From an uncultured Acidobacteriota bacterium (GTDB taxonomy: Bacteria > Acidobacteriota > Thermoanaerobaculia > UBA5066 > Gp7-AA6), in the NCBI GenBank assembly GCA_963749265.1, contig CAVVML010000016.1:73000-136999 (forward strand): a DNA stretch of 64,000 bases, in the 5' to 3' direction. Both the position numbers and the translations under genes were made by a program. This document shows, in pieces, positions 50,965-60,716 of this stretch. Numbering within the stretch: the stretch's first letter is position 1; the number at the start of each line of letters is the position of its first letter. Under the pieces are notes generated by a model. It saw only the letters and a program-made list of their open reading frames with translations. It had not been told where the DNA came from and searched no databases.

Positions 50965-53410
50965 CGGCGGCGCCCGACGCGTCGACCCGCGTCGTCGGGC
51001 GTCCCTACACCAAGGTGGACGGCGCGGCGAAGGTCACCGGCCAGACGAAGTTCGCCGACGACGTGATGCTGCCGCGGATGCTCCACTGCAAGCTCCTGCG
51101 CTCGAAGATCGCCCACGCGCGGATCCGCTCGCATCGACGTCTCGAAGGCCCTGGCGGCGCCCGGCGTCGTCGCGATCGCGACGGGGAAGGATCTGCCGAC
51201 GCCCTTCGGGATCCTTCCGGTCTCGCAGGACGAGCACGCGCTGTGCACCGACCGCGTCCGCTTCGTCGGCGACCCGGTCGCCGCGGTCGCGGCGGTGGAC
51301 GAGGACGCGGCCTTCGACGCGCTGGACCTCATCGCCGTGGACTACGAGCCGCTGCCTCCGATCGGCTCGATCGACGACGGCCTCGCGCCGGCCGAGCACG
51401 CCGATCCACGACTACGGCGACCAGGCCAACATCCACAAGCTCGTGTCGATGGAGTTCGGCGACACGGAGCAGGGGTTCGCGCGCGCCGACCGCGTCTACG
51501 AGGACCTCTTCTTCTACGAGGGCAACACGCACCTGCCGCTCGAGCAGCACGCCGCGGTCGCCGACTTCGGTCCCGACGGAAAGCTGACGCTCTGGTCGTC
51601 GACCCAGACGCCGCACTACGTGCACCGGGCGCTCGCGAAGGTGCTCGAGATGCCGCCCGCGAAGATCCGCGTCATCGCGACGCCCAACGGCGGCGGCTTC
51701 GGCGGGAAGTCCGATCCCGTTCAACCACGAGATCGTCGTCGCCCACCTCTCGCGCGTCACGGGTCGGCCCGTCAAGATCTGCCTCACGCGCGAGGAGGTC
51801 TTCTACTGCCACCGCGGGCGCCACCCGACGCTCATGAAGGTGCGGACGGGCGTGAAGAAGGACGGCGCGATCACGGCGATGCACTTCCAGACCGTGCTCG
51901 ACGGCGGCGGCTACGGCTCCTACGGCGTCGCCTCGACGTACTACACGGGCGCGCTGCAGACCGTGACCTACCAGGTGCCGACGTACCGCTTCGACGGCGC
52001 GCGCGTCTTCACCAACAAGCCGCCGTGCGGCCCCAAGCGCGGCCACGGCACGCCCCAGCCGCGCTTCGCCCTGGAGGTCCAGCTCGACAAGATCGCGTGC
52101 GACCTCGGCATCGACCCGGCGGAGATCCGCCGCCGCCACCTCCATCCGGCGAACACGCTGACCGCGAACTTCCTGCGCGTCGGCTCGATCGGCCTCGGCG
52201 CCTGCATCGACAAGGTCGTCGCCGCCTCGGGCTGGAAGAAGCGGCGCGGGAAGCTTCCGCCCGGGCGCGGGCTCGGAATCGCCTGCTCGTCGTACCTCTG
52301 CGGCGCGGGGCTGCCGATCTACTGGAACACGATGCCGCAGTCCGGCGTCCAGCTGAAGCTCGACCGCGGCGGCGGCGTCACCGTCTTCTGCGGCTCGACG
52401 GACATCGGCCAGGGCTCCGACTCGATCCTGGCCTCGATCGTGGCGGAGGTCCTGGGCATCGATCCCTTCGACATCCGCATCGTCACCGGCGACACGGACC
52501 TGACGCCGGTGGACCTCGGCTCCTACTCCTCGCGCGTGACGCTGATGACCGGCAACGCCGCGATCCAGGCGGCCGAGCGCGCGAAGGAGATGCTCGTCGC
52601 GACGGCGGCGAAGAAGCTCGAGATCCCGCCGGAGCGCGTGGGCTTCGCCGGAGGGCGCGTCTTCGACGTCGGCGGACCCCGAGAAGGGCATGAGCTTCGC
52701 CGAGGCGGTCGTCCTCGCCGAGTCGCGCTTCGGCACGCTCGGCACCGTCGGCTCGTACTCGCCGCCGCCCTCGGCCGGCCGCTACCGCGGCGCGGGCGTG
52801 GGGCCCTCGCCCGCGTACTCGTACTCGGCCGCGGTCGTCGAGGTCGAGGTCGATCCGGAGACCGGGATCCTGACGATCCCGAAGATCTGGATCGCGCACG
52901 ACGTCGGCAAGTGCATCAACCCGGTCCTCGTCATGGGTCAGGTCGAGGGCTCCGTCTACATGGGCCTCGGCGAGGCCGTGATGGAGGAGATGGCGTATCG
53001 CACCGACGCGAACGCCAACGTCGTCCACAAGTTCCCGTCGATGCTCGAGTACAAGAGCCCGACGACGAAGGAGATGCCCGAGGTCGAGACGTATCTCGTC
53101 GAGGATCCCGACGCGAACGGTCCCTTCGGCGCGAAGGAGGTCGGCCAGGGGCCGCTCCTGCCGATTCCGCCGGCCGTCGCGAACGCCGTCTTCGACGCCG
53201 TCGGCGTGCGCGTGGACGAGGTCCCGGTGACGCCGGAGAAGGTGCTCCGCGCGCTCAAGGCGAAGGCGAAGGGGCAAGCCCGCGCGCTTCGGCCCGACGC
53301 GGTTTCCCGCGGTTCCGTACCCCGCGCCGATCCACGTGCCCACGCCGGCCGAGGGCGGCGACGGCAAGGCCGTGGACGCGGCGGTCACGGGGGCCGGAGG
53401 AGTGCGGTGA
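50945..53410 (+). CDS. Molybdenum hydroxylase large (molybdopterin-binding) subunit, xanthine dehydrogenase family, HcrA-like (frame-interrupted)
   Basis: VGRPYTKVDGAAKVTGQTKFADD, GGGFGGKSD, PPCGPKRGHGTPQ, STDIGQGSDSILA, DLGSYSSRVT, FGAKEVGQGPLLP. The pieces are in ORFs 50361..51587, 50540..52693, 51834..53441 and 52690..54375. The candidate GTG at 50945 needs an early frame change. The stop is at 53408-53410 after correcting the GGGG run at 53271-53274. Confidence 0.8.
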
Positions 53411-53437
53411 AGACGGACGTGCGAGTGACTTCTCCTC

Positions 53438-54430
53438 ATGATGCGCCTGCCGAAGTTCCGCTACTTCGCGCCGACGACGGTGCGCGAGGCGCTCCGCATC
53501 AAGGCGGGCGAGGGGCCCGACGCGGCGTACGTCGCGGGCGGCACGGACCTCTATCCGAACATGAAGCGGCGGCAGCAGACGCCGAAGGTCGTCATCGGCC
53601 TCTCGCGCGTGCGCGCGCTGCGGCCGCCTGCGCGTCGGCGACGGCGGGCGCCTCGATCGGCGCCGCGGTGACGCTCTCCGCGATCGAGACCCACCGGCGC
53701 ATGCGGCGCGCGTACCCGGCGCTCGTCCACGCGATCGAGGAGATCTCGACGCCGCCGCTGCGCAACATGGGCACGCTCGGCGGGAACCTCCTCCTCGACA
53801 CGCGCTGCAACTACTACGACCAGAACTACGAGTGGCGCCAGGCGATCGACTTCTGCATGAAGAAGGACGGCGCGATCTGCTGGGTGGCGCCGGGCTCCCC
53901 GAAGTGCCTCGCCGTGCAGTCGGCCGATTCGGTGCCGATCCTGATCGCCCTCTCGGCGCGCGCGGTGCTGGCCTCGCCGGACGGGGAGCGCGAGGTGCCC
54001 GTCGAGGACCTCTACGCCAACGACGGCATCCACTACCTCACCAAGCGCCCGGAGGAGCTCCTGACGGAGATCCGAGTTCCGAAATCCGAGGGCTGGCGAG
54101 CGGCCTATCGAAAGCTGCGCCGGCGCGGCGCTTTCGACTTCCCGGTGCTCTCCGTCGGCGTCGCCGCTTCGCTTGGAAGGGCGAAAGAGTTGCCGAGGCC
54201 CGCATCGTCCTCGGGGCCGTCGCCTCGGCGCCCGTCCGCGCGTCGCGCGCCGAAGCGATTCTCGTCGGCTCGAGTTTCGATATCGCGGCGATCACGGAAG
54301 CGGCCGAGGCGGCGGCGCAGCCTTCGCGGCCGATGGACAACACCGACTTCTCGTTCCTGTGGCGCAAGGAGATGACCAGCCGGTGGGTCGGCCAGGCGCT
54401 CCGGAAGCTGGCCTCGAGGCGGCAGTTTAA
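53438..54430 (+). CDS. Molybdenum hydroxylase FAD-binding subunit with an extra four-Cys loop (HcrB-like), frame-interrupted
   Basis: FRYFAPTTVREAL..YVAGGTDLYPNMK (ORF 53438..53671), TPPLRNMGTLGGNL, then the insertion CNYYDQNYEWRQAIDFCMKKDGAICWVAPGSPKC (53806-53907), then AYRKLRRRGAFDFPVLSVG. The stop is taken from the frame ending at 54430. Confidence 0.75.
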
Positions 54431-54444
54431 GAAAACCTTAAGTG

Positions 54445-54474
54445 TTGTCGACCCCCGAGACCCGCTGCTATACT
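54445..54474 (+). promoter_or_regulatory. Candidate sigma70-type promoter (TTGTCG-18 nt-TATACT) for the RNA-binding protein gene
   Basis: TTGTCG at 54445-54450 and TATACT at 54469-54474, about 140 nt upstream of the ATG. Motif match only. Confidence 0.25.
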
Positions 54475-54617
54475 TCGCGCCTTCCCGATCGCTCGCCTTC
54501 CAAGCACGCATCCCGCGCTCGCACAGAAGTCCGACGATTCGTCAGGGGAAGTCGGCTCCGCCGAGCGGCGCGACGGAGTCGGAGGAACGTGACGCCGGTT
54601 TCGAGGATTCTGTTTCG

Positions 54618-54893
54618 ATGAAACTCTACGTCGGTAACCTTCCCTACAACACCTCGGAGGACGATCTTCGTTCGCTCTTCTCGACCTATGGAGCGGTCAG
54701 CTCCGTCGCGATCATCACCGATCGCGATACGGGTCGGTCGAAGGGCTTCGGGTTCGTCGAGTTCGGCAACGACGACGAGGCGCGCAACGCGATCTCGGCG
54801 CTCTCGGGTCAGGAATACGGCGGCCGCGCGCTGACCGTGAACGAGGCCCGTCCGAAGACGCAGGGCGGCGGAGGCCGCGGCGGCCGGTACTGA
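54618..54893 (+). CDS. RRM-type (RNP-1/RNP-2) RNA-binding protein with Gly/Arg tail
   Basis: Intact. RNP-2 is KLYVGNL, RNP-1 is KGFGFVEF, and the C-terminus is GGGGRGGRY. Confidence 0.9.
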   Translation: MKLYVGNLPYNTSEDDLRSLFSTYGAVSSVAIITDRDTGRSKGFGFVEFGNDDEARNAISALSGQEYGGRALTVNEARPKTQGGGGRGGRY

Positions 54894-54920
54894 TTTCACA
54901 TCCTGCAAGGACATCCACAA

Positions 54921-54947
54921 GGGGGGCGCAAGCCCCCCTTTTCTTTT
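54921..54947 (+). terminator. Rho-independent terminator of the RNA-binding protein gene
   Basis: GGGGGGC-GCAA-GCCCCCC followed by TTTTCTTTT. Confidence 0.8.
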
Positions 54948-55053
54948 GAGGCGGACGATCGACGATAGACTTTCCGCCACCTTGGACGACGCCGCGACGT
55001 CCGACTCGAACGCTGGTCCGCCGAGAGACGGCTCTCTGACCGAGAAGCGGCTC

Positions 55054-55305
55054 ATGCGTTCGATGGAGCTCGAGGGCTACGACGTCCTCGTCTACACCTA
55101 TCGCGCCGGGATGACGTTTCCGCCCCACGAGCACGCCCAGTCCAAGTGCGACGCGGTGCTCGAAGGAACGTTGCGGGTGACCGTCGGCGAGACGGTCTAC
55201 GATCTGAGAAGCGGCGACCGCCTCTATCTCCCGGCGGGCACGCGGCACGCCGCCGAGGTCGTGGGGGAGAAGACCGTCGTGTCGCTCGACGGAACGCTCT
55301 GGTAG
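55054..55305 (+). CDS. Cupin domain protein
   Basis: MRSMELEGYDVLVYTYRAGMTFPPHEHAQSKCDAVLEGTLRVTVGETVYDLRSGDRLYLPAGTRHAAEV has cupin motifs 1 and 2. The upstream TTG at 54946 lies inside the terminator, so I prefer the ATG at 55054. Confidence 0.7.
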   Translation: MRSMELEGYDVLVYTYRAGMTFPPHEHAQSKCDAVLEGTLRVTVGETVYDLRSGDRLYLPAGTRHAAEVVGEKTVVSLDGTLW

Positions 55306-55317
55306 GAGGAGCTGGCG

Positions 55318-55817
55318 ATGGCCCACACGAAAGCGGAACGCGAAGCGCTCATCCGGCGATACGAGGAAGGCCCCGCGAAGCTGGCCGCGGCGTGGGCGAA
55401 AGTCCCGCCCGAGGCGCGACAGTGGCGGCCGGCCGAAGGCAAGTGGTCGGCGCACGAGGTCGTCGTTCACTGCGCCGACTCCGAGACGAACGCCGCCGCG
55501 AGGATCCGCTACCTCGCCGCCGAGGAGGATCCGAAGATCCTGGGCTACGACCAGGCCCACTGGGCCCGCGCCCTCGACTACCAGTCGCTCCCGGTCGAGC
55601 CGGCGCTCGAGACGGTCAAGGCCGTTCGGGCGAACACGGCGCCGCTGCTGCGCCGCCTGCCCGAGATCGGCGTGGGCCAAGGTCGGCACGCACAGCGAGT
55701 CGGGCACCTTCGGCGGCCGAACGGTGGCTCGAGGTTTACGCCGAGCACCTCGAGAAGCACCCCGGCCAGATCGAGCGCAACCTCGAGGCCTGGAAGGCGA
55801 AGACTGCCGGAGCCTGA
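55318..55817 (+). CDS. DinB family protein (two frame changes near the 3' end)
   Basis: WRPAEGKWSAHEVVVHCADSE..RIRYL.., then ..GTHSESGTFG and AERWLEVYAEHLEKHPGQIERNLEAWK (ORFs 55318..55842 and 55146..55817). Confidence 0.75.
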
Positions 55818-55841
55818 ACGAGTCCGGGATCCCTCGGGGTA

Positions 55842-55864
55842 AACGCCGGCCGTCGGCCGGCGTT
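55842..55864. terminator. Perfect 10-3-10 GC-rich hairpin between the convergent DinB and M1 peptidase genes
   Basis: AACGCCGGCC-gtc-GGCCGGCGTT. Only a short T tract follows (TTT on the minus-strand reading), so a terminator function is tentative. Confidence 0.4.
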
Positions 55865-55937
55865 GCCTACGGCGGGGGGCTTGCCTTCGGTGGGCGGCTC
55901 GGCCTCGGGATGACCGGCGACGGCTTCGCTTCGCCGG

Positions 55938-58313
55938 TCAGTCTCTCGTCAGCACGTCGTTCATCGCGTTGGCGACGACGCGGCGGGGTTTCTTCGGCAG
56001 GGGGACGGTCGTGTCGATGGGAACGGTGGCCGTGCCGCGGAACGACACCAGGCCGAGACGGACGAATGTGCCCTTCTCGAATTCGATGTAAAGCGGAACA
56101 AAGCCGATGAAATCGTCGGACACGCCTTCCTGCCGGACGCTTCCGACGAGCTTGTACTGGCCGCCGCCGAGATCCTGCACGTCGATTTCCGCGGAGCACC
56201 TGGGGATCTCCGTGCCGTCGATCCACTGGCGGAAGAACCAGTCCATCTTCCCGTTCTTCTCGAGGTCCATCGCCGGGCTCATGTGCCGTTCGACCACGGT
56301 CTGGAAGTCGCGCGTCGTCGGGTTCTTTCCGGCGTACGTCGACACGAAGTCCTTCAGGGTCGCGATGAAACGCTCGTCGGGGGGCTTGGCCTTCGGGTCG
56401 CGCATGAGCGTCCGCAGCATCTGCACGACCCAGGCGCCCTTGTCGTAGATCATGGCCTGACCCGCCGCGGGGTTCCGCCAGGTCGACAGACGCCAGCCGT
56501 CCGAGATCGGACCGGCGCGGTCGTTCGCCACGTACGCGTGGGCCGGCTTGTCGAAGACGTTCCTGGCCGCCTTGTCCCAGAACTCGTCGACCCTGGATCG
56601 CGGCGCGGTGTACTCGAGGACCAGGCCCGCCGTGAACTCCGCGAAGCCCTCCGAGAGCCACTGATCGCGGTAACTGTTCCAGCCGACGAGGTGCCCCCAC
56701 CACTGGTGGGCGAACTCGTGCGGTCCGACGATGTCGACGAAGCCCTGCGTGCTCTGCAACCCAATGCGGAAGCGGTTGTACGAGTCCAGGAAGGAAATGT
56801 AGGGCAGGAAGATCAGCGACGGCCACGACTGTCCGAAGAAGAACTGCGACTGCTGCGTGATCGCGACATGGCCGAACGGCAGCGAGCCGAAGTAGACGGA
56901 GCCGACGCGCGCGGTGTTGATGCCGTCCGCCATGGCGGAATCCGCCAGCTTTTCCGGGCGAACGCCCGAGAGGCCCTGGAGGGCGTCGGGCATGCCGGGA
57001 TTCGTGAAGACCTGGATGTGGAGGCCGCTGTCCGGGTCCTTCTGCTCGAGCCGTTTGAACTTCCCGTAGTTGAATCCCGCGACGCGGATGGGCCGGTCCG
57101 ACTTCCAGGTCGAGATCCGCTCGTCGTTTTCGACGCGGCTGTCGACGAAACTCCCGACGGAGACGACCTCGTAGGATTTCGGGATCCGAAAGGTCAGGTC
57201 GTACGTCGCGGGGTCCTCGAAGACGCCGAGGTTCGGATACCAGCTGGTCCGCGCGCCGACGGCGAAGTTGCCGTCGCCGGAGTCGTAGAGGACCTCGGAG
57301 CCCTCGTAGACGAGCCGCAGCCGGAGCGTTTCGCCTCGGGAAAGCCCGGCCGGGAGCACCACGGCGGCGTCGGAGTCTTCGTCCTTGTCCTCCTGGATGA
57401 CGGCCACCGCCTTCCAGGGCGTGTCGCCGCCGCCGGACAGCTCGGCCTCGCGGATCCGAAGCTGGCCGAGGAGGTCCAGAGGCAGCACCCGCACACCCTC
57501 CCGGAGCGTCTCGAGAGTGATCGTCGTCTCTCCCTGGAGACGCTCGTTCTTCCGGATCGTCGTCTCGATGGCGTAGTGCGTGGCTCGAGCGGGCGGCGTC
57601 GCGCGCGGGGCCGTCTCGTTCCGGCGCCGTTCGAGATACCAGGAGCCTCCCTCCCGCTCGTGCACCACGTACAGCAGGGAGCCGGCGTCGCCCGCCATCG
57701 ACATGTCCGAGATCCAGCGCAGCCCCGACGGGTCCACCACGACGGCCGCGGGAGGCAGCTTCTTGCCGTCGACGAGTGCGATGAAGACGCCCGCGGATGG
57801 CTCGGTCCCGCTGAGCACGTCGGCGAGGAGGCGAAGCTGGAGGTTGGTCTCGAGGTCCTTGCGCTGGCGCTTGCGAAAGGAATCCCAGATCGAGGCGGCG
57901 CGGCCGTCTGCGGGGGCGTCGGGTCCGGGCTTTCGGATCTCGGCCTCGGTGCCGTCGGTGAAGAGGAGGATGAGGGACTCGAAGCGGTCCGTCAGGACCT
58001 CGAGCTTCGGGTCGTTCTGCAGCAGGGCGAGATGCCGGCGCGCTCCCTCGCCGGCCGGCGTCAGCTGCCATGTGCCTTCGCCGACGAACACCGCGCCGGT
58101 CACCCGTCCGGACACGGGCTCGAGGAACTGGAAGGTCCCGCGCACGAAGTCGAAGCGGAAGACGTCGCGCTCGAGCTTCAGATCCTGCACGGCGACCGCG
58201 GGCCCGGCCGGGCGGGCGGCGCGCAACGCGGTGTACGTCGGATCGGAATCCGCACGCAGGGTTGCCGCCAGAACGAACACCCAGATCGCCGCGGGCCCGG
58301 AGCGTTGGCGCAT
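55938..58313 (-). CDS. M1 family (gluzincin) aminopeptidase with signal peptide
   Basis: The ATG at 58313 is preceded by GAAGGGAG. MRQRSGPAAIWVFVLAATLRA. Active site VGPHEFAHQWWGHLVGWNSYRDQWLSEGFAEF (HExxH-x18-E). It reads in one uninterrupted frame within ORF 55938..59174. Confidence 0.85.
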   Translation of the reverse strand: MRQRSGPAAIWVFVLAATLRADSDPTYTALRAARPAGPAVAVQDLKLERDVFRFDFVRGTFQFLEPVSGRVTGAVFVGEGTWQLTPAGEGARRHLALLQNDPKLEVLTDRFESLILLFTDGTEAEIRKPGPDAPADGRAASIWDSFRKRQRKDLETNLQLRLLADVLSGTEPSAGVFIALVDGKKLPPAAVVVDPSGLRWISDMSMAGDAGSLLYVVHEREGGSWYLERRRNETAPRATPPARATHYAIETTIRKNERLQGETTITLETLREGVRVLPLDLLGQLRIREAELSGGGDTPWKAVAVIQEDKDEDSDAAVVLPAGLSRGETLRLRLVYEGSEVLYDSGDGNFAVGARTSWYPNLGVFEDPATYDLTFRIPKSYEVVSVGSFVDSRVENDERISTWKSDRPIRVAGFNYGKFKRLEQKDPDSGLHIQVFTNPGMPDALQGLSGVRPEKLADSAMADGINTARVGSVYFGSLPFGHVAITQQSQFFFGQSWPSLIFLPYISFLDSYNRFRIGLQSTQGFVDIVGPHEFAHQWWGHLVGWNSYRDQWLSEGFAEFTAGLVLEYTAPRSRVDEFWDKAARNVFDKPAHAYVANDRAGPISDGWRLSTWRNPAAGQAMIYDKGAWVVQMLRTLMRDPKAKPPDERFIATLKDFVSTYAGKNPTTRDFQTVVERHMSPAMDLEKNGKMDWFFRQWIDGTEIPRCSAEIDVQDLGGGQYKLVGSVRQEGVSDDFIGFVPLYIEFEKGTFVRLGLVSFRGTATVPIDTTVPLPKKPRRVVANAMNDVLTRD

Positions 58314-58351
58314 GACCGCTCCCTTCGATACGGAGAAGAAGGTGGCTGGGT

Positions 58352-59820
58352 CTAGGTTACACCCTCGGCCTTCGCGAGCTCGCGGCCGATCCGCTCCGCT
58401 TCGTCGAGCAGCGCGACGAGATCCTCCTCGCGCGTCCGGAAATTCGTGATCGACACGCGGAGGGCGGTCCGGCCCTTGAGGATCGTCGGAGCCAGGAAGA
58501 ACGTGCCCTCGCCCACGACGCGGTTGATGATGCGGCGGTTGATGCCGTCGAGGACGGCGTCGGGAAGGCCGGCGCGGCTCGGCCGGTAGCGGAAGTTCGC
58601 GATCGAGAGCACCGGCTCGGCCAGACGCTCGAACTCCGGGCGGCGGTCGACTTCCGCCGCCAGAAACCGCGCGAGGCGCACGTCGTTCTCGATCTGCGCG
58701 GCGTAGGCGCGGCGGCCGTGCACCTTCAGGCCCATCCAGACCTTGAGCGCCTTGAAGCCGCGCGAGAGCTCGACGCCGCGCTCGGCGAACCAGGCCGGCC
58801 CCGGGAAGGGGCTCTCGGGATCCTGCGCGAGGTACTCGGGGAACTTGCGGAAGGTCGCGGAGAAGCGGCCGGGCTCGCGGACGAGCGTGGCGCCCGCCTC
58901 GTAGGGCACGTAGATCCACTTGTGCGGGTCGGCGGCGATCGAGTCGGCGCGCTCCATGCCCGCGAAGAGCGGCTGCAGCGACGGCACGATCGAGGCCAGG
59001 GCGCCGTAGGCGCCGTCGACGTGGAACCACAGCTTCTCGCGCGCGCACACGTCGGCGAGCGCCGCGAGCGGATCGATCGCGCCGGTGTTGACGGTGCCGG
59101 CGTTGCCGACCAGGATCGCGGGAAGCAGGCCCGTCGCGCCGGTCGGCGGCGATCGTCTCTTCGAGGAGATCCATCCGGATGCGGAAGGCCTCGTCCGTCG
59201 GGATCTTGCGGAGCTGCCGCGTGCCGATCCCCAGCAGGTCCGACGGCCTTGTCGACGCAGGCGTGGACCTGGTCCGAGGCGTAGATGATCAGGCGCGGGC
59301 GGTCCGGTCCGGACAGCCCGTCCTCGCGGACGTTGCCGGGCGTCTGCGCCCGCCGCGCCACGGCGAGCGCGGTGAAGTTCGCCATGGACCCGCCCGAGAC
59401 GAGGATGCCCTCCGCCGTCGGCGGGAAGCCGAGCATCTCGGCCAGCCAGCGCACGACGCGGCCTTCGACGTGCGTCGCGGCGTGATCGCCGCCCCAGCAG
59501 TTCGGGTTCATGCCCGACGGCCAGGAAGTCCGCGAAGATGCCGACGGGATCCGCCGTCGCGTTGATGAAGCCGTAGAAGCGAGGATGGGAGTTGCCCATC
59601 GGGTAGGGCATGACGTTCTCGCGCACGAACGCGAGGACCTCCTCGAACGGCCGGCCCTCCTCGGGCAGAGGCTCGTCGAAGAGCGGATGCCCGGTCGCCG
59701 ATCTTCCCGAAGACCGGCCCGCGAATCGAGGCCCTCGCGATGCGCGGCGACCGCGTCCGCCGCGAGCGTCCCCAGACGGCGCAGCTCGCCGGGCGGAAGG
59801 TCGAAGGTGGGCTTCGTCAT
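58352..59820 (-). CDS. Pyridoxal-dependent (group II) amino-acid decarboxylase (frame-interrupted)
   Basis: ATG at 59820: MTKPTFDLPPGELRRLG. PMGNSHPRFYGFINATADPVG, MNPNCWGGDHAATHVE, GILVSGGSMANFTAL, FHVDGAYGA, and the PLP-lysine motif SIAADPHKW (ORFs 58726..60030 and 58352..59626). Confidence 0.8.
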
Positions 59821-59845
59821 GCCGCCGATTGAATCACGGCCAACG

Positions 59846-59869
59846 AAAAAGGGCGGCCGCGTGCCGCCC
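59846..59869 (-). terminator. Rho-independent terminator downstream of sodC
   Basis: On the minus strand: GGGCGGC-5 nt loop-GCCGCCC followed by TTTTT (plus-strand A-run at 59846-59850). Confidence 0.7.
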
Positions 59870-59897
59870 CTGCGCGTCGCCGAAGAAGAAGGCCGTC

Positions 59898-60449
59898 TTA
59901 CTGCACGACCCCGCAACCCAGGCGCCCGCCCGCGTCGCCCGGACGGCTGCGTCTTCAGATCATCGGCTTTCTCGTGGAACACGACGGCCTTGCCGACGAC
60001 CGAGTTCGGACCGGGCTTGACGGTCAGCATGGTCGGTGGTCATCTCGAGGTGACCCTTGCCGTCCGCGCCGACCGTGATGTTGCCCCAGTCGCCGTTGTG
60101 ATGCTTCGCGTCGGCCGGGCCGCGCGTGCGGGATTGCCGGCCGGGTTGAAGTGCGCCCCGGCGGAGGAGGCGTCCGGCGCCGAGCAGTCGCCCTTCTCGT
60201 GGAGATGGATTCCGTGCGTCCCGGGGGTGGCGTTTTCGACCCAGACCTCGACCTTCGTGCCGCCCGAGGGCAGCTCCGTGAACACGGCCTTGCCGGTGAC
60301 CTTCGAGCCGCTGCGCGACTCGATCGTGGCTTGGCCTTGGCGCCGTCCGGCGGCCGCGGCGCCGCCGACTGGCCGACCCGCAGGCGCCCAGGGTGACCAG
60401 CGACGAGGGCGGCCCCCGCCGCCGCTGCCAGAGAGCCGATTCGCCTCAT
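59898..60449 (-). CDS. sodC: Cu/Zn superoxide dismutase (frame-interrupted)
   Basis: The ATG at 60449 is preceded by AGGAGGAAG. GKAVFTELPSGGTKVEVWVENATPGTHGIHLHEKGDCS..GAHFNP, HHNGDWGNI, VVFHEKADDLKTQPSG, ending GDAGGRLGCGVVQ with a stop at 59898-59900. Confidence 0.8.
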
Positions 60450-60716
60450 TTCTTCCTCCTTTGCTTAAGCGCCGGTCATAATACTGGCGTCGAGACTCTA
60501 TGATTCCGGCCGTGCCGCCCATCGTGGTGTCCCGCCCCCTGCTGTTCGGCCTGGTGGCCGTGGGCGCCGTCGGCGCCGTGGCGCTCGACGCCCCCGCATT
60601 CCTCCTTCGCCGCGGGATTCGCCGCCGGGGCCGGATCGGCCTTCGTCGTCTCATTCATGAAGCGTGCCGGCGAGGAGCGGGATCCGGCCGCCGCGAGGGC
60701 CGGAGGATCCAGAGCC

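Noticed and set aside
50361-51587. Apparent fusion of the 2Fe-2S subunit to the molybdopterin subunit (Mop-like single polypeptide)
   Set aside because: The junction (50900-50990) shows three usable frames within about 80 nt: a stop at 50962-50964 in one frame and a GTG at 50945 in another. A separate FAD subunit follows. Given the indel-rich sequence, separate subunits are more likely. A real fusion cannot be fully excluded without polishing.
53832-54893. An ORF joining the tail of the FAD subunit to the RRM RNA-binding protein
   Set aside because: The joining segment (54431-54617) translates to low-quality text. An alternative frame stops at 54428-54430. The RRM gene has its own ATG (54618) and a full-length, typical size on its own.
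55938-59174. A 1078-aa ORF suggesting a much larger M1 peptidase
   Set aside because: Only 55938-58313 reads as M1 peptidase, with a signal peptide at MRQRSGPAAIWVF.. and an upstream RBS. The N-terminal roughly 290 aa are Arg/Pro-rich out-of-frame read-through of the decarboxylase gene, which is coherent in other frames.
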